Both the position numbers and the translations under genes were made by a program. From positions 64,002-128,001 of the forward strand of contig WFXF01000041.1 of NCBI GenBank assembly GCA_015490755.1: 64,000 bases of DNA, written 5' to 3'. Under the pieces are notes generated by a model. That model was not told the DNA's origin, did not search any database, and saw only the letters and a list, made by a program, of their open reading frames with translations. Origin of the DNA: Gammaproteobacteria bacterium (GTDB lineage: Bacteria; Pseudomonadota; Gammaproteobacteria; JAADGQ01). Positions 11,796 through 22,577 of the stretch are shown one piece after another (positions within the stretch are counted from its first letter, which is position 1; the number at the start of each line of letters is the position of its first letter).

Positions 11796-12742
11796 TTGAT
11801 GAACGACAAAATAAAATAGATGACCCTGCAGATTTTGGGCGTGTTGCTGTATTGGCGGGTGGAACATCTGCAGAAGGTGATATTTCACTGAAAAGTGGCC
11901 ATGCAGTATGGCAGGCTTTGTGTGCACGCGGCGTTGATGCGACTTTAATTGATACAGCAATCGAAAAATCAAAACTCTTGCAAAAGCTTGTGGATAATCA
12001 GTTTGATCGAGTTTTTATTGCACTGCATGGACGAGGTGGTGAGGATGGATTGTTGCAAGGTGCTTTGGAAATACTGGATATACCCTATACAGGCAGTGGT
12101 GTTTTAGGTTGTGCCATCAGCATGGATAAAGCGCGTTGTAAAATGGTATGGAAGGGAGCAGGTCTGCCGACACCTGATTTTTATATTTTGGATAGTGCAG
12201 ATGCTTGTCTCCGTGCAGTCGAAAAACTGGGTTTGCCGCTAGTGGTAAAACCTGCGCGTGAAGGTTCCAGTCTGGGGATTACTGTTGTTACAGCACAAGA
12301 GCAGATGGAAGCTGCATGGCATGCGGCATTAGAGTTTGATGATTATGTGATGGCTGAGCGTTGGATTGATGGTGACGAGTATACCGCAGCAATTGTTGAA
12401 GGAAAAAGCCTGCCGTTAGTACGTATTAGCCCTCATGATGGCTTTTATGATTATGCGGCAAAATATGAGGTGGATGATACGCAGTTTTTTTGTCCATGTG
12501 GTTTGTCTGAAGAAGTAGAAGATAAATTCCAAAAAATGGCATTGGAAGCTTTCAATTCCGTAGCTGCCCGAAGTTGGGGGCGGATCGATTTTATGCTCGA
12601 TGCAGCGGGAAATCCTTGGTTAATAGAAGTGAATACTGTGCCTGGTATGACAGATCATAGTCTCGTGCCTATGGCTGCAAAAGTAGCAGGGGTTGAATTT
12701 AATGATTTGGTATGGCGTATTTTGGAAGGTTCTGCGGTATGA
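11792..12742 (+). CDS. ddl: D-alanine--D-alanine ligase
   Basis: ATP-grasp motifs (ALHGRGGEDG, PLVVKPAREGSS). Start set at the ATG at 11792, an ATGA overlap with murB. Confidence 0.85.
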   Translation: MIDERQNKIDDPADFGRVAVLAGGTSAEGDISLKSGHAVWQALCARGVDATLIDTAIEKSKLLQKLVDNQFDRVFIALHGRGGEDGLLQGALEILDIPYTGSGVLGCAISMDKARCKMVWKGAGLPTPDFYILDSADACLRAVEKLGLPLVVKPAREGSSLGITVVTAQEQMEAAWHAALEFDDYVMAERWIDGDEYTAAIVEGKSLPLVRISPHDGFYDYAAKYEVDDTQFFCPCGLSEEVEDKFQKMALEAFNSVAARSWGRIDFMLDAAGNPWLIEVNTVPGMTDHSLVPMAAKVAGVEFNDLVWRILEGSAV

Positions 12743-13512
12743 TCTGGCGAAAAAACCGTAAAAAAATTAATCGACGTACTCCACTTGAACGAGAGAGACG
12801 TCAGTGGTTGAAGCCTGTTTGGTTTGTGCGAGGCGGTTTGGTTGTAGTCTGTGCAAGCATTATGGTGTGGGGTGCGGTTATGTTATCAGACCCAGGAACA
12901 ATGCCACTAAGAAATATTCAGGTCGAAAGTGAGTTTCGCCATATTGATGCGGATCAGATAAGGAAAGTTGTTGCAAAGTATGCATGGCAGGGGTTTTTGA
13001 GAATCGATACTGACACTATAAAAGCAGATCTAATGGCTGAGCCCTGGATTGCTACGGTAGATATAGAGCGGGTATGGCCTGATGAGTTGTATGTGAAAGT
13101 AACCGAGCATAAAGCAATTGCTCGTTGGGAGGGGGGCGGTTTAATTGATGAGTCGGGCGAATATTTTTCTCCTGATGAAGATACCTTGCCTGAGGGTATG
13201 GTAATGTTTTCTGGAGATATAAACCATGCTCAGGGAATGGCGCAGTATTATATGAAAAACAGAGAGATTATATCTCAGTTGGGCTTGAATATTGTGCAAG
13301 TCAGGCTTGATGAGAGGCATGTCTGGCATATCACATTGAGTAATGGTATGGCTTTGATTTTAGGGCGTAAAGAGAGTATGCAGCGTTTGCAGCGCTTTGT
13401 TCGTTGGTACCCTCAACTGGAAGGAGGCACGATAAAGCAGGTTGATTTACGGTATAGCAATGGTTTTTCAATTCAATGGCAAGAACAAACAGAGGAGGCC
13501 GCAAAAGCTTAA
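12739..13512 (+). CDS. ftsQ: Cell division protein FtsQ
   Basis: Basic N-terminus, one TM segment, then POTRA-like region. ATGA overlap with ddl. It sits between ddl and ftsA. Confidence 0.8.
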   Translation: MIWRKNRKKINRRTPLERERRQWLKPVWFVRGGLVVVCASIMVWGAVMLSDPGTMPLRNIQVESEFRHIDADQIRKVVAKYAWQGFLRIDTDTIKADLMAEPWIATVDIERVWPDELYVKVTEHKAIARWEGGGLIDESGEYFSPDEDTLPEGMVMFSGDINHAQGMAQYYMKNREIISQLGLNIVQVRLDERHVWHITLSNGMALILGRKESMQRLQRFVRWYPQLEGGTIKQVDLRYSNGFSIQWQEQTEEAAKA

Positions 13513-13542
13513 GCAGTGATGCTTGAGGGAGTGCACATATCT

Positions 13543-14778
13543 ATGTCAAAAAAGTCTGAAAAAGATTTAATTGTAGGTTTGGATATTGGGACCACAAAGG
13601 TTGTCGCCATTGTTTGTGAAGTAGGTGTTGATGGCACGTTAAGCATTATTGGTGAGGGGACTTGCCCTTCACGAGGAATGAAAAAAGGGGTTGTGGTTAA
13701 CCTGGAATCAACGGCGGGATCCATTCAGCGAGCAATAGAAGCAGCAGAATTGATGGCCGGGTGTCAGATTAATACTGTCTATGTCGGTATTGCAGGTAGC
13801 CATATCAGTAGTTTTAATCTGCATGGTATGGTAGCGATTCGTGACAAAGAGGTTACTGAAAGTGATGTATCCCGTGTTGTTGATTCGGCCCGTACACTGA
13901 ATATGCCAAGCGACCAACAGATCATCCATGTTATTCCTCAGGAATATATTATTGATAAACAAGAGGGAATTCATGAGCCAGTGGGTATGGCAGGTGTACG
14001 CCTTGAGACGAATGTTCATTTGGTTTCAGCGGCATTAGGGGCTGCACAAAATATTGAAAAATGTGTGCATCGTTGTGGTCTTGAAGTTGAAGATTTAATT
14101 CTTGAACAATTGGCTTCCAGTTGCGCTGTTTTGAGAGAAGATGAAAAAGAGTTAGGTGTTTGTTTGGTTGATATTGGTGGAGGTACCACTGATATTGCGG
14201 TATTTGCCAATGGTGCAATTCGTCATACAGCTGTGATACCGATTGCAGGTGACCAGGTGACCAATGATATTGCTGTTGCATTGCGAACACCCACTAAATA
14301 CGCTGAAGAAATTAAAATTAAACACGCATGTGCTCTAGCACAAATGGCAGATCCAGAGAGAGAGATTGAGGTGCCCGCCGTAGGCGATAGACCACCACGG
14401 GTTTTGACACATCAAATATTAGCTGAAGTTGTGGAGCCGCGTTATGAAGAGCTGATGCAGCTGATACAGGCAGAGCTCCGGCGCAGTGGTTACGATGATT
14501 TGTTAGGGGCCGGTATTGTTTTAACGGGAGGAAGTTCCAAGGTTGAGGGGTTAGCGACATTGGCTGAAGAGGTTTTTCATCAACCGGTGCGTATTGGTTT
14601 ACCCTCACATGTGAGTGGTTTGTCAGACGTTGTAAAAAATCCGATTTATGCTACGGCTGTCGGGCTTTTACTGTTTGGCCATCAGCAACAGCATCGGAGC
14701 GATAATATGAATCACATAAAAAGTAATAATGATGGTCTGTGGGTAAAAGTGAAAAACTGGTTTCACGGTAGTTTTTAA
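13543..14778 (+). CDS. ftsA: Cell division protein FtsA
   Basis: The N-terminus MSKKSEKDLIVGLDIGTTKV aligns with E. coli FtsA MIKATDRKLVVGLEIGTAKV. Actin-like ATPase. GAGGGA lies 12 nt upstream of the 13543 ATG. The track start at 13516 is an alternative. Confidence 0.85.
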   Translation: MSKKSEKDLIVGLDIGTTKVVAIVCEVGVDGTLSIIGEGTCPSRGMKKGVVVNLESTAGSIQRAIEAAELMAGCQINTVYVGIAGSHISSFNLHGMVAIRDKEVTESDVSRVVDSARTLNMPSDQQIIHVIPQEYIIDKQEGIHEPVGMAGVRLETNVHLVSAALGAAQNIEKCVHRCGLEVEDLILEQLASSCAVLREDEKELGVCLVDIGGGTTDIAVFANGAIRHTAVIPIAGDQVTNDIAVALRTPTKYAEEIKIKHACALAQMADPEREIEVPAVGDRPPRVLTHQILAEVVEPRYEELMQLIQAELRRSGYDDLLGAGIVLTGGSSKVEGLATLAEEVFHQPVRIGLPSHVSGLSDVVKNPIYATAVGLLLFGHQQQHRSDNMNHIKSNNDGLWVKVKNWFHGSF

Positions 14779-14836
14779 TGCGGTTCTTTGTCTGAGTCAT
14801 GAGTCGTAGTTGTTTTTAGTTTTAAAGGGGTTGGAT

Positions 14837-16060
14837 ATGTTTGAATTTGTGGATACATGTACGTCAAATGCTGTCATTAAAGTGATTGGTGTTGGTGGAG
14901 GTGGTGGTAATGCTATTGACCATATGGTAATGGCAGGTATGGAAGACGTTGAATTTATCAGTGCAAACACGGACGCTCAGGCTTTAAAAAACTCTTCTGC
15001 AAAAACAATTTTGCAACTGGGTGACAATATTACTAAAGGCTTGGGAGCCGGTGCAAACCCCGATATCGGGCGTGAGGCTGCAAAAGAGGATCGTGAACGT
15101 ATCATGGAGGTTCTTAACGGAGCTGATATGGTCTTTTTAACAGCAGGAATGGGTGGTGGTACTGGTACCGGAGGTATTCCTGTTGTTGCAGAGTGTGCAA
15201 AAGAGCTGGGCATTTTAACGGTTGGTGTCGTGACTAAACCTTTTCCATTTGAAGGGCCAAAGCGTGCAGCTATTGCTAATGAAGGGATTGCCGAGCTTTC
15301 AAAGTATGTTGATTCGCTGATTATTGTGCCGAACTCTCGTTTGTTGGCGGTGCTTGGAAAGAATGCTTCATTGCTGGATGCCTTTAAAAAAGCCAATGAT
15401 GTTTTGAAGGATGCTGTGCAAGGTGTTTCGGAATTAATTACCAAGCAAGGTATGATGAATGTTGACTTTGCTGATGTACGTACTGTTATGTCTGAAATGG
15501 GGATGGCAATGATGGGTTCTGGTGTTGCTCAGGGTGATAGTCGCGCTAAAGAGGCGGTTGAAGCGGCAATGTCATGCCCATTTCTGGAAGATGTTAATTT
15601 ATCAGGTGCGCGCGGTATGTTGGTGAATATTACAGCCGGTCTTGATATGTCTATGGGTGAGTTTGAAGAGATTGGTAATACAGCCAGGGGGCTGGCATCA
15701 GATGGGGCTACAGTGATCGTAGGTACTGTTTTCGAAGCTGATATGGGTGATGAGTTGCGTGTGACAATTGTTGCAACCGGGCTTGATAAGGCGAATCCAG
15801 CCGCGGCTGAAAAAGTTGAAGCTTCAAAAAGAGAGAGTGTTGAAAAGAGTGCACCTGTTGTTGCACCTGAATCTGAAATCTCTGAAAAAGTGGAACGTGA
15901 GCCTGTTCGTTTAAATACTAAAGACGCTGTTGATAATGGCAAGCTTGAATTTGGGGTGTTTAATCCTAATAGAGCACCAAGAATAAATCAGGATCGTCTG
16001 GATCACGACAACCTGGAATATTTGGAAATTCCGGCATTTTTACGTAGGCAGGCAGATTAA
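14837..16060 (+). CDS. ftsZ: Cell division GTPase FtsZ
   Basis: MFEF... followed by tubulin signature GGGTGTG, with acidic C-terminal tail and conserved terminal peptide. Start at the ATG preceded by AAAGGGG. The track ORF starts at an upstream in-frame codon. Confidence 0.92.
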   Translation: MFEFVDTCTSNAVIKVIGVGGGGGNAIDHMVMAGMEDVEFISANTDAQALKNSSAKTILQLGDNITKGLGAGANPDIGREAAKEDRERIMEVLNGADMVFLTAGMGGGTGTGGIPVVAECAKELGILTVGVVTKPFPFEGPKRAAIANEGIAELSKYVDSLIIVPNSRLLAVLGKNASLLDAFKKANDVLKDAVQGVSELITKQGMMNVDFADVRTVMSEMGMAMMGSGVAQGDSRAKEAVEAAMSCPFLEDVNLSGARGMLVNITAGLDMSMGEFEEIGNTARGLASDGATVIVGTVFEADMGDELRVTIVATGLDKANPAAAEKVEASKRESVEKSAPVVAPESEISEKVEREPVRLNTKDAVDNGKLEFGVFNPNRAPRINQDRLDHDNLEYLEIPAFLRRQAD

Positions 16061-16212
16061 GTAGCATGATCCGCTTTATATAGGTAGGTTGTTAAAGGAA
16101 TATTAGGTTTCATTGTGGGGGTGTGCTAACATTTTGCGAATTTTTTGAGGCTTGGGAGTCTTGGTTTAAAGGCTGTCTATAGTAAATGCCGGTTGCAGTG
16201 AGGATGTTGGCT

Positions 16213-17130
16213 ATGATCAAACAACGAACGCTGAAAAATACGATTCGAGCTACAGGGGTTGGATTGCATACAGGTGAAAAAGTATATTTGACTTTAAAGC
16301 CTGCTGCGCCAGATACAGGTATTATATTTCGTCGTGTTGATTTTGATGAGCCTGTTGAGATAACAGCATGTCCTGAAAATGTTGGAGATACACAGCTTTC
16401 TACAACTTTAGTAAAAGGTGATGTTCGTATTTCTACTGTAGAGCACCTTCTATCGGCATTAGCGGGTCTGGGTATCGATAATGCCTATATTGAATTAAGT
16501 GCTTCTGAAGTTCCTATTATGGATGGTAGCGCCGGACCATTTGTATTTTTAATTCAATCTGCGGGCATTGCTGAACAGAATATTCCCAAGCAGTTTATTA
16601 AGATTAAACAACCTGTCGCTGTATATGATGGCGAAAAGTGGGCAAAATTCACCCCTTTCAATGGGTTTAAAGTCTCTTTTTCAATTGATTTTGACCACCC
16701 TGCTTTTCGGGGGCGGGCTCAAAAAGCCGAAGTGGACTTTTCTTCAACGGCTTTCGTTAAAGAGGTGAGTCGTGCGCGCACTTTCGGTTTTATGCGTGAT
16801 TTGGAAATGTTGCAAAAAAACCAGTTGGCATTGGGCGGAAGCCCTGATAACGCCATTGTCATGGACGAACAACGAATTTTGAATGAAGACGGTCTTCGTT
16901 ATGATGATGAATTTGTAAAACATAAAGTACTTGATGCAATTGGCGATCTCTATTTATTAGGGCACAGTTTAATTGGTGAGTTTACAGGCTACAAATCGGG
17001 GCATCATTTGAATAATAAGTTATTGCGTGCATTGGTGGCCGATGAAAGTGCATGGGAGATGGTTACCTTTCAAGGTGGTGAACATGCACCAATCAGGTAT
17101 ATGCAGGCAATTAATAAATCAGAAGAGTAA
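16213..17130 (+). CDS. lpxC: UDP-3-O-acyl-GlcNAc deacetylase LpxC
   Basis: [21 protein letters not shown] matches the E. coli LpxC N-terminus. Start at the ATG preceded by GAGGA. Conserved position after ftsZ. Confidence 0.9.
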   Translation: MIKQRTLKNTIRATGVGLHTGEKVYLTLKPAAPDTGIIFRRVDFDEPVEITACPENVGDTQLSTTLVKGDVRISTVEHLLSALAGLGIDNAYIELSASEVPIMDGSAGPFVFLIQSAGIAEQNIPKQFIKIKQPVAVYDGEKWAKFTPFNGFKVSFSIDFDHPAFRGRAQKAEVDFSSTAFVKEVSRARTFGFMRDLEMLQKNQLALGGSPDNAIVMDEQRILNEDGLRYDDEFVKHKVLDAIGDLYLLGHSLIGEFTGYKSGHHLNNKLLRALVADESAWEMVTFQGGEHAPIRYMQAINKSEE

Positions 17131-17147
17131 AAATAAATTTGTGACCT

Positions 17148-17618
17148 TTAATGTTTGCCAGAGTTGTTCGCTCCTCGGTTTGACAATCTCTTGAGCGCAG
17201 CTTTCAAGGTTTCATCTTGTGTACTATTGGCTGCCTGTGCGATGAGTTGGGCACTCTTGTCGGACATCTGTACGACTCTGATCTGCTCCTCCTCAGTCCG
17301 GTATTCCCGAGGGCGAGTTTTGATTCGTATTGAATTCAGTTGCTGAAGCTCTTTATGCTTTTTCATATGGCTCAAAATAGCTGGAATATAAAAGCGAATC
17401 TTGGTGCTCCAGGCAGGTGAATCTGTAATGAGAACAAGGTTTATGCCGCTACGATTCATTTTGATATTGGCGATCTGGCAATGAGGCGCAACATTCGCTG
17501 GTAAAATAGTGCATAAATAACAGGTCAGTTCATTTAGGTAGCTGGCGCGGTCAAGCAGGCTTTTGATCTCCGTTGAAGAGCCAAAGAGCAGTTTGTTGAG
17601 CGGTTTTGGTGAGTTCAT
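17148..17618 (-). CDS. DUF721-family protein (possible DciA-like), divergent between lpxC and secA
   Basis: 156-aa ORF with a Cys-containing N-terminal half. DUF721 proteins typically occupy the lpxC-secA interval on the opposite strand in many gammaproteobacteria. The DciA link is recalled knowledge, not verified here. Confidence 0.45.
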   Translation of the reverse strand: MNSPKPLNKLLFGSSTEIKSLLDRASYLNELTCYLCTILPANVAPHCQIANIKMNRSGINLVLITDSPAWSTKIRFYIPAILSHMKKHKELQQLNSIRIKTRPREYRTEEEQIRVVQMSDKSAQLIAQAANSTQDETLKAALKRLSNRGANNSGKH

Positions 17619-17700
17619 ATTGGTTGCTTGCTTTTCAAGGGTTGAGAATCGTGGCTCTGCCTATATATAAATATAAATTTTTTGGATATTGGTCAATTAA

Positions 17701-20424
17701 ATGATAAGCGGATTTTTAAGCAAAGTTTTTGGTAGTCGTAATGAGCGGTTATTAAAACAGATTCGAAAAACGGTTGTAGAGATCAATGCGCTTGAAGACG
17801 CATACGTTGAACTATCTGACCAGGAGTTGCAAGATAAAACGCTAGACTTTAAACAGCGTCTGGAAAACGGTGCAACGCTTACGGATATTTTGCCTGAAGC
17901 TTTTGCCGTCGTGCGTGAAGCGAGTAAGCGTGTACTGAATATGCGTCATTTTGATGTGCAGCTCATCGGTGCAATTGTACTGCATGAGGGCAAAATCTCG
18001 GAAATGGGCACGGGTGAAGGTAAAACTCTGATGGCGACATTGGTCGTTTACTTGAATGCATTGCTGGGTAAAGGCGTGCATGTTGTTACCGTGAATGATT
18101 ACCTGGCTCAACGTGATGCGACGTGGATGATGCCTCTGTACGAATTTTTAGGATTGACAACTGGCATTATTCTTTCGGGACAGGACTCTGAGACTAAACG
18201 AGCAGCCTATGCTGCAGATATTACATACGGTACCAATAATGAGTTTGGTTTCGATTATCTGCGCGATAATATGGCTTTTAGTCTGGAAGATAAGGTTCAG
18301 CGAGAGCCATTTTTTGCGATCATTGACGAAGTCGATTCAATTTTAATTGATGAAGCGCGTACGCCTTTGATTATTTCTGGCCCTGCGGAAGATAGTTCTG
18401 AGCTCTACAAAAAAATTAATGAGCTGATTCCGAAGCTGACCGAACAGGAAAAGCAGGGTGAGGGCGAGGAAAATGATGGGCCTGGTGATTACTTTCTTGA
18501 TGAAAAGAGTCGTCAGGTCTACCTGACTGAAGAGGGTCATGAGCATGTTGAAAATATGCTGATGGATGCAGGTTTATTGCAAGAAGGTGAAAGTCTTTAC
18601 GACTCTTCAAATATCAGTTTGATGCATCATGTCAATGCTGGCTTGCGTGCCCATACCCTGTTTCAGCGGGATGTGCATTATCTGGTGCAAAACAAACAGG
18701 TTGTGATTGTTGATGAATTCACTGGGCGTACAATGCCAGGAAGGCGCTGGTCAGATGGACAGCATCAAGCGGTAGAAGCCAAGGAAGGTGTGCCGATTCA
18801 GAGTGAAAATCAGACGCTGGCATCCATTACATTTCAAAATTACTTCCGTCTTTATGAAAAGCTGGGGGGTATGACCGGAACAGCCGATACTGAAGCATTT
18901 GAGTTTCAGCAAATTTATGGCTTGGAAGTGGTTATTATTCCGCCGAATCGTCCGAATGCCCGAATTGATATGGCTGACTCGGTTTATTTGACGGCTAAAG
19001 AGAAATATGCAGCGATCGTTGAGGAGATTCGTACATGTATCTCGAATGGTCAGCCAGTCCTTGTTGGAACTGCATCAATCGAGAGCTCTGAAACCCTATC
19101 GGGCTTATTGAAAAAAGAGAAAATTAAACATAGCGTATTGAATGCCAAGCATCATGCCCAGGAGGCTGAAATTATTGCGCAGGCGGGGCGGCCTGGCGTA
19201 TTGACAATTGCAACCAATATGGCCGGTCGAGGTACGGATATTGTATTGGGTGGTAATCTTGAGGTTGAAATTTCTGCATTAAAAAACCCGGATGATAAAG
19301 CTGCTGTTGAACGTTTGCGCAAAGCGTGGGAGGAGCGTCATCAGCAAGTGCTGGATAGTGGTGGTTTGCATATTATAAGTACTGAACGCCATGAATCGCG
19401 CCGAATTGATAACCAGTTGCGCGGTAGATCTGGTCGTCAAGGGGATCCAGGCTCCAGCCACTTTTATTTATCTCTTGAAGACAGCTTGATGCGTATTTTT
19501 GCTTCAGGACGTATTTCTGCATTAATGCAAAAACTAGGGCTTGAAGAGGGTGAGTCAATAGAGCATCCATGGGTCACAAAAGCGATTGAAAATGCTCAGC
19601 GTAAAGTGGAAGGGCATAACTTCGATACTCGTAAACAGTTGTTAGAGTATGATGATGTTGCGAATGATCAACGCAAAGTTATTTACGAACAGCGCAATGA
19701 ATTGATGGCTTCTGAAGATGTCAGTGAAATGATTGGTGTGATGCGCCAGGATGTTGTTTTTTCACTAATTAATGACTATATACCACCTCAAAGCCTGGAG
19801 GAGCAGTGGGATGTTCCTGGTTTGGAAGCGGCTATCGAACGTGAGTTTGGAGAGAAATTTGATATCCGTGGCTGGTTGGATGAGGATGATGATTTACATG
19901 AAGATACGTTGCGAAGCAAAATATTGGATGAGTTGGTAAAAGCACATCAGGAAAAAGAGGCAGGTGCAGGTGCAGCCGTGCTGCGTCACTTTGAAAAGGC
20001 TGTAATGTTGCAAGTGCTGGATAATCTTTGGAAAGAGCATCTGGCGGCTATGGATCACCTGCGTCAAGGTGTTCATTTAAGAGGTTATGCGCAGAAAGAT
20101 CCTAAACAAGAGTTTAAACGTGAAGCCTTTGAAATGTTTGGTATGTTGCTTGAACGCATCAAACATGAAGTTATTGCTATTGTTTCGAAAGTGCAGGTTA
20201 ATACAGAAGCTGATGTTGCTGCCGTTGAAGAGCAGCGTCGTAAGGCCAATCGTTCAATGGATATGAAGCATGAGCAGGCCAGTGCGATAGGTTCTGGCGA
20301 CAATGCTGCTAATGAAAAAGGTGATGAGACCTTTGTACGAAAAGATCGTAAAATAGGGCGTAATGAGCCTTGTCCATGTGGATCGGGTAAAAAATATAAA
20401 CAGTGTCATGGGCGATTGAGTTAG
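17701..20424 (+). CDS. secA: Preprotein translocase ATPase SecA
   Basis: 907 aa. DEAD-like motor motifs and the C-terminal zinc-binding tail [14 protein letters not shown]. Confidence 0.95.
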   Translation: MISGFLSKVFGSRNERLLKQIRKTVVEINALEDAYVELSDQELQDKTLDFKQRLENGATLTDILPEAFAVVREASKRVLNMRHFDVQLIGAIVLHEGKISEMGTGEGKTLMATLVVYLNALLGKGVHVVTVNDYLAQRDATWMMPLYEFLGLTTGIILSGQDSETKRAAYAADITYGTNNEFGFDYLRDNMAFSLEDKVQREPFFAIIDEVDSILIDEARTPLIISGPAEDSSELYKKINELIPKLTEQEKQGEGEENDGPGDYFLDEKSRQVYLTEEGHEHVENMLMDAGLLQEGESLYDSSNISLMHHVNAGLRAHTLFQRDVHYLVQNKQVVIVDEFTGRTMPGRRWSDGQHQAVEAKEGVPIQSENQTLASITFQNYFRLYEKLGGMTGTADTEAFEFQQIYGLEVVIIPPNRPNARIDMADSVYLTAKEKYAAIVEEIRTCISNGQPVLVGTASIESSETLSGLLKKEKIKHSVLNAKHHAQEAEIIAQAGRPGVLTIATNMAGRGTDIVLGGNLEVEISALKNPDDKAAVERLRKAWEERHQQVLDSGGLHIISTERHESRRIDNQLRGRSGRQGDPGSSHFYLSLEDSLMRIFASGRISALMQKLGLEEGESIEHPWVTKAIENAQRKVEGHNFDTRKQLLEYDDVANDQRKVIYEQRNELMASEDVSEMIGVMRQDVVFSLINDYIPPQSLEEQWDVPGLEAAIEREFGEKFDIRGWLDEDDDLHEDTLRSKILDELVKAHQEKEAGAGAAVLRHFEKAVMLQVLDNLWKEHLAAMDHLRQGVHLRGYAQKDPKQEFKREAFEMFGMLLERIKHEVIAIVSKVQVNTEADVAAVEEQRRKANRSMDMKHEQASAIGSGDNAANEKGDETFVRKDRKIGRNEPCPCGSGKKYKQCHGRLS

Positions 20425-20436
20425 GTTAAGAATAAA

Positions 20437-21657
20437 GTGGCGGTAGGGTTAACTGGATTATCAAAATTATTACCTGTTGATGGCATACGTTTAAGCGCTG
20501 TCAATGCCGGAATCAAGCAGACAGAGCGTGCTGATGTTGTGCTCATTGAGATTGCTGAGGGGGCTAAAACAGCGGCTGTTTTTACACAAAATGCTTTTTG
20601 TGCGGCACCTGTTATTGTTGCTCGTGAATTTCTGGAGTCAATGAGCCCACGTTTTTTATTGATCAATTCCGGTAATGCCAATGCTGGAACGGGTGATAAA
20701 GGGCTGATCTATGCTTATCTCTGCTGTGAGAGTTTGGCCGCAGCTGCAAATTGTCAATCGGCCCGGATATTGCCATTTTCAACGGGTGTGATTGGTGAGT
20801 TATTACCAGTGACTAAAATTCTGGATCAGTTTACATCTTTGCTTGACATGTTATCTGCGGACTCTTGGGCAGAAGCTGCGCATGGCATCATGACTACAGA
20901 TACTGTTGCAAAAGGCCTGTCTCGACAGATAGAAATTGATGGTCAGAAAATTACGGTGACGGGTATTGCAAAAGGGTCTGGAATGATTCGTCCGGACATG
21001 GCAACAATGCTGGCATATATCGCAACCGATGCCGCTCTCTCCCAGGATCTTCTGCAACATTGTCTGGAATCTGCCGTTTCCAGCTCTTTTAATAGCATTA
21101 CGATAGATGGAGATACTTCAACCAACGATGCCTGTGTTTTGATGGCGACGGGTAAAAGTACGCTTCCTGAAATAACTGATATAACATCAAAAGAGTACAC
21201 TCTTCTGGAAAAGGCTGTGAAAGAAGTCTGCGAGTACTTGGCAGCATCAATTATCCGTGATGGTGAGGGAAGTACAAAGTTTGTCACAGTAGAAGTATTT
21301 GAAGGTCAAAGTGAAGCAGAGTGTCGTGAGGTTGCTTATACTGTTGCACAATCTCCATTGGTCAAAACAGCGCTATTTGCCAGTGATCCTAATTGGGGGC
21401 GAATATTGGCTGCGGTCGGACGCGCAGGTATCGCTAATCTTGATGTAGATTTAATCTCAATATATCTGGGTGAAGTTTGTATTGTTCGTAAAGGTGGGCG
21501 TGCCGCTGAGTATACTGAGTCTGCAGGTGTTGATGTGATGGCAGATGATGAAATTACTATACGAATTAATCTGGGTAGGGGCGATGCCCAGGCACGAATC
21601 TGGACGAATGATCTCTCCTATGATTATGTACGTATTAATGCGGAATATCGAACTTGA
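20437..21657 (+). CDS. argJ: Bifunctional ornithine acetyltransferase / N-acetylglutamate synthase ArgJ
   Basis: 406 aa. Autoprocessing-site region ATMLAYIATDA. GTG start. Confidence 0.85.
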   Translation: MAVGLTGLSKLLPVDGIRLSAVNAGIKQTERADVVLIEIAEGAKTAAVFTQNAFCAAPVIVAREFLESMSPRFLLINSGNANAGTGDKGLIYAYLCCESLAAAANCQSARILPFSTGVIGELLPVTKILDQFTSLLDMLSADSWAEAAHGIMTTDTVAKGLSRQIEIDGQKITVTGIAKGSGMIRPDMATMLAYIATDAALSQDLLQHCLESAVSSSFNSITIDGDTSTNDACVLMATGKSTLPEITDITSKEYTLLEKAVKEVCEYLAASIIRDGEGSTKFVTVEVFEGQSEAECREVAYTVAQSPLVKTALFASDPNWGRILAAVGRAGIANLDVDLISIYLGEVCIVRKGGRAAEYTESAGVDVMADDEITIRINLGRGDAQARIWTNDLSYDYVRINAEYRT

Positions 21658-21716
21658 ACCTGATTGCTGTAAAATTTATTAATTCTTAATATTAGCGCTG
21701 AAACAGGAGTTAAATT

Positions 21717-22532
21717 ATGGATATGGTTGTTATATTGGTTGCGGTGGCTTTTTTGGCTGTTGGGATGGTTATTGGTGGTTTTATCGGTGCATCATCTAGT
21801 AAATCGGCAAAAGAAGCGAAAGGATTGCGTAGTGACCTGGATCAGGCTCATGATGAATTAAACGCTTATAAAGAACAGGTGAGGCAGCACTTTTCTCGTA
21901 CTTCTGAACTTGTTAATAATATGACAAGTAGTTATCGGGCAGTGCATGAGCATTTGGCAAGCAGCGCCCAGGATTTATGTGATGGCTCTGTTGAAAATCT
22001 CGATTTGAGGACACCGGAACTGCTGGTATCTTCGGACTCTAAGGGAAAAAACGGGTTGGAAAATTTAGCACCTCCATCAAAAATGGAGGCTAAAGAAAAT
22101 CTGGCAGTAAAAGCACAAGCAGCAAGTGAAGCAGCCGCTTATGATGCCAGAACATTGTTTGAAAAAATTGGAGGTGGCTCCAAGGTTGAAGTGGCTACCG
22201 ATGCATTTGTTGAAAAACTGTCATCAGATGAGCGTACTAAAGAGGTTTATAGTTCTGTCCCAAAATCACAGCATAAGGCATTTCTAACCTTTGCTTTTGG
22301 TGGGGCAGATGATTATAGCGAAAAGGATCTAAAAAAGCTTAATAGTGTACACTTTGATGCTGTGGTGGAACACTTGCGATCAACATTGGGTGAGTTGGAT
22401 ATGTCTCCTAACTTAACTACAGAAGTATTGAATTTAGTTCGAGCGGCTCACCCAGTCATTGATAAAAAGATAGCGGTCGATGGTGTGGCCAAAGCTTCTC
22501 TTAAAAACGAGACGCCACAGGTTTATCATTAA
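21717..22532 (+). CDS. Fusion protein: YhcB/ZapG (DUF1043)-like membrane-anchored coiled coil + C-terminal truncated-haemoglobin-like (2/2 globin) domain
   Basis: Residues 1-~90 are a TM helix plus ELNAYKEQVRQHFSRTSELVNNMTSSYRAVHEHLASS. This aligns closely with E. coli YhcB ELDEYREELVSHFARSAELLDTMAHDYRQLYQHMAKSS. Residues ~145-271 are LFEKIGG..VE...DAF..KL..D......F.......HKAFLTFAFGG..DYS..DL......HFDAVVEHL, which follows the trHb group-1 template (compare M. tuberculosis HbN). A low-complexity linker separates the two parts. Confidence 0.6.
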   Translation: MDMVVILVAVAFLAVGMVIGGFIGASSSKSAKEAKGLRSDLDQAHDELNAYKEQVRQHFSRTSELVNNMTSSYRAVHEHLASSAQDLCDGSVENLDLRTPELLVSSDSKGKNGLENLAPPSKMEAKENLAVKAQAASEAAAYDARTLFEKIGGGSKVEVATDAFVEKLSSDERTKEVYSSVPKSQHKAFLTFAFGGADDYSEKDLKKLNSVHFDAVVEHLRSTLGELDMSPNLTTEVLNLVRAAHPVIDKKIAVDGVAKASLKNETPQVYH

Positions 22533-22577
22533 GATTTATGGTGCATAGTAATGAAAGTCCGTTTGGGCGAGGCTTTT

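Noticed and set aside
14977-15942. Long antisense ORFs inside ftsZ (155 aa and 137 aa, minus strand), and similar antisense ORFs inside pgi (37989-38738, 38080-38493), SNF2, secA and others
   Set aside because: They lie entirely within strongly supported conserved genes. Their products are low-complexity (Ser/Ala/Pro-rich), typical of the reverse frame of Gly/Ala/Glu-rich proteins. No RBS or homology support.
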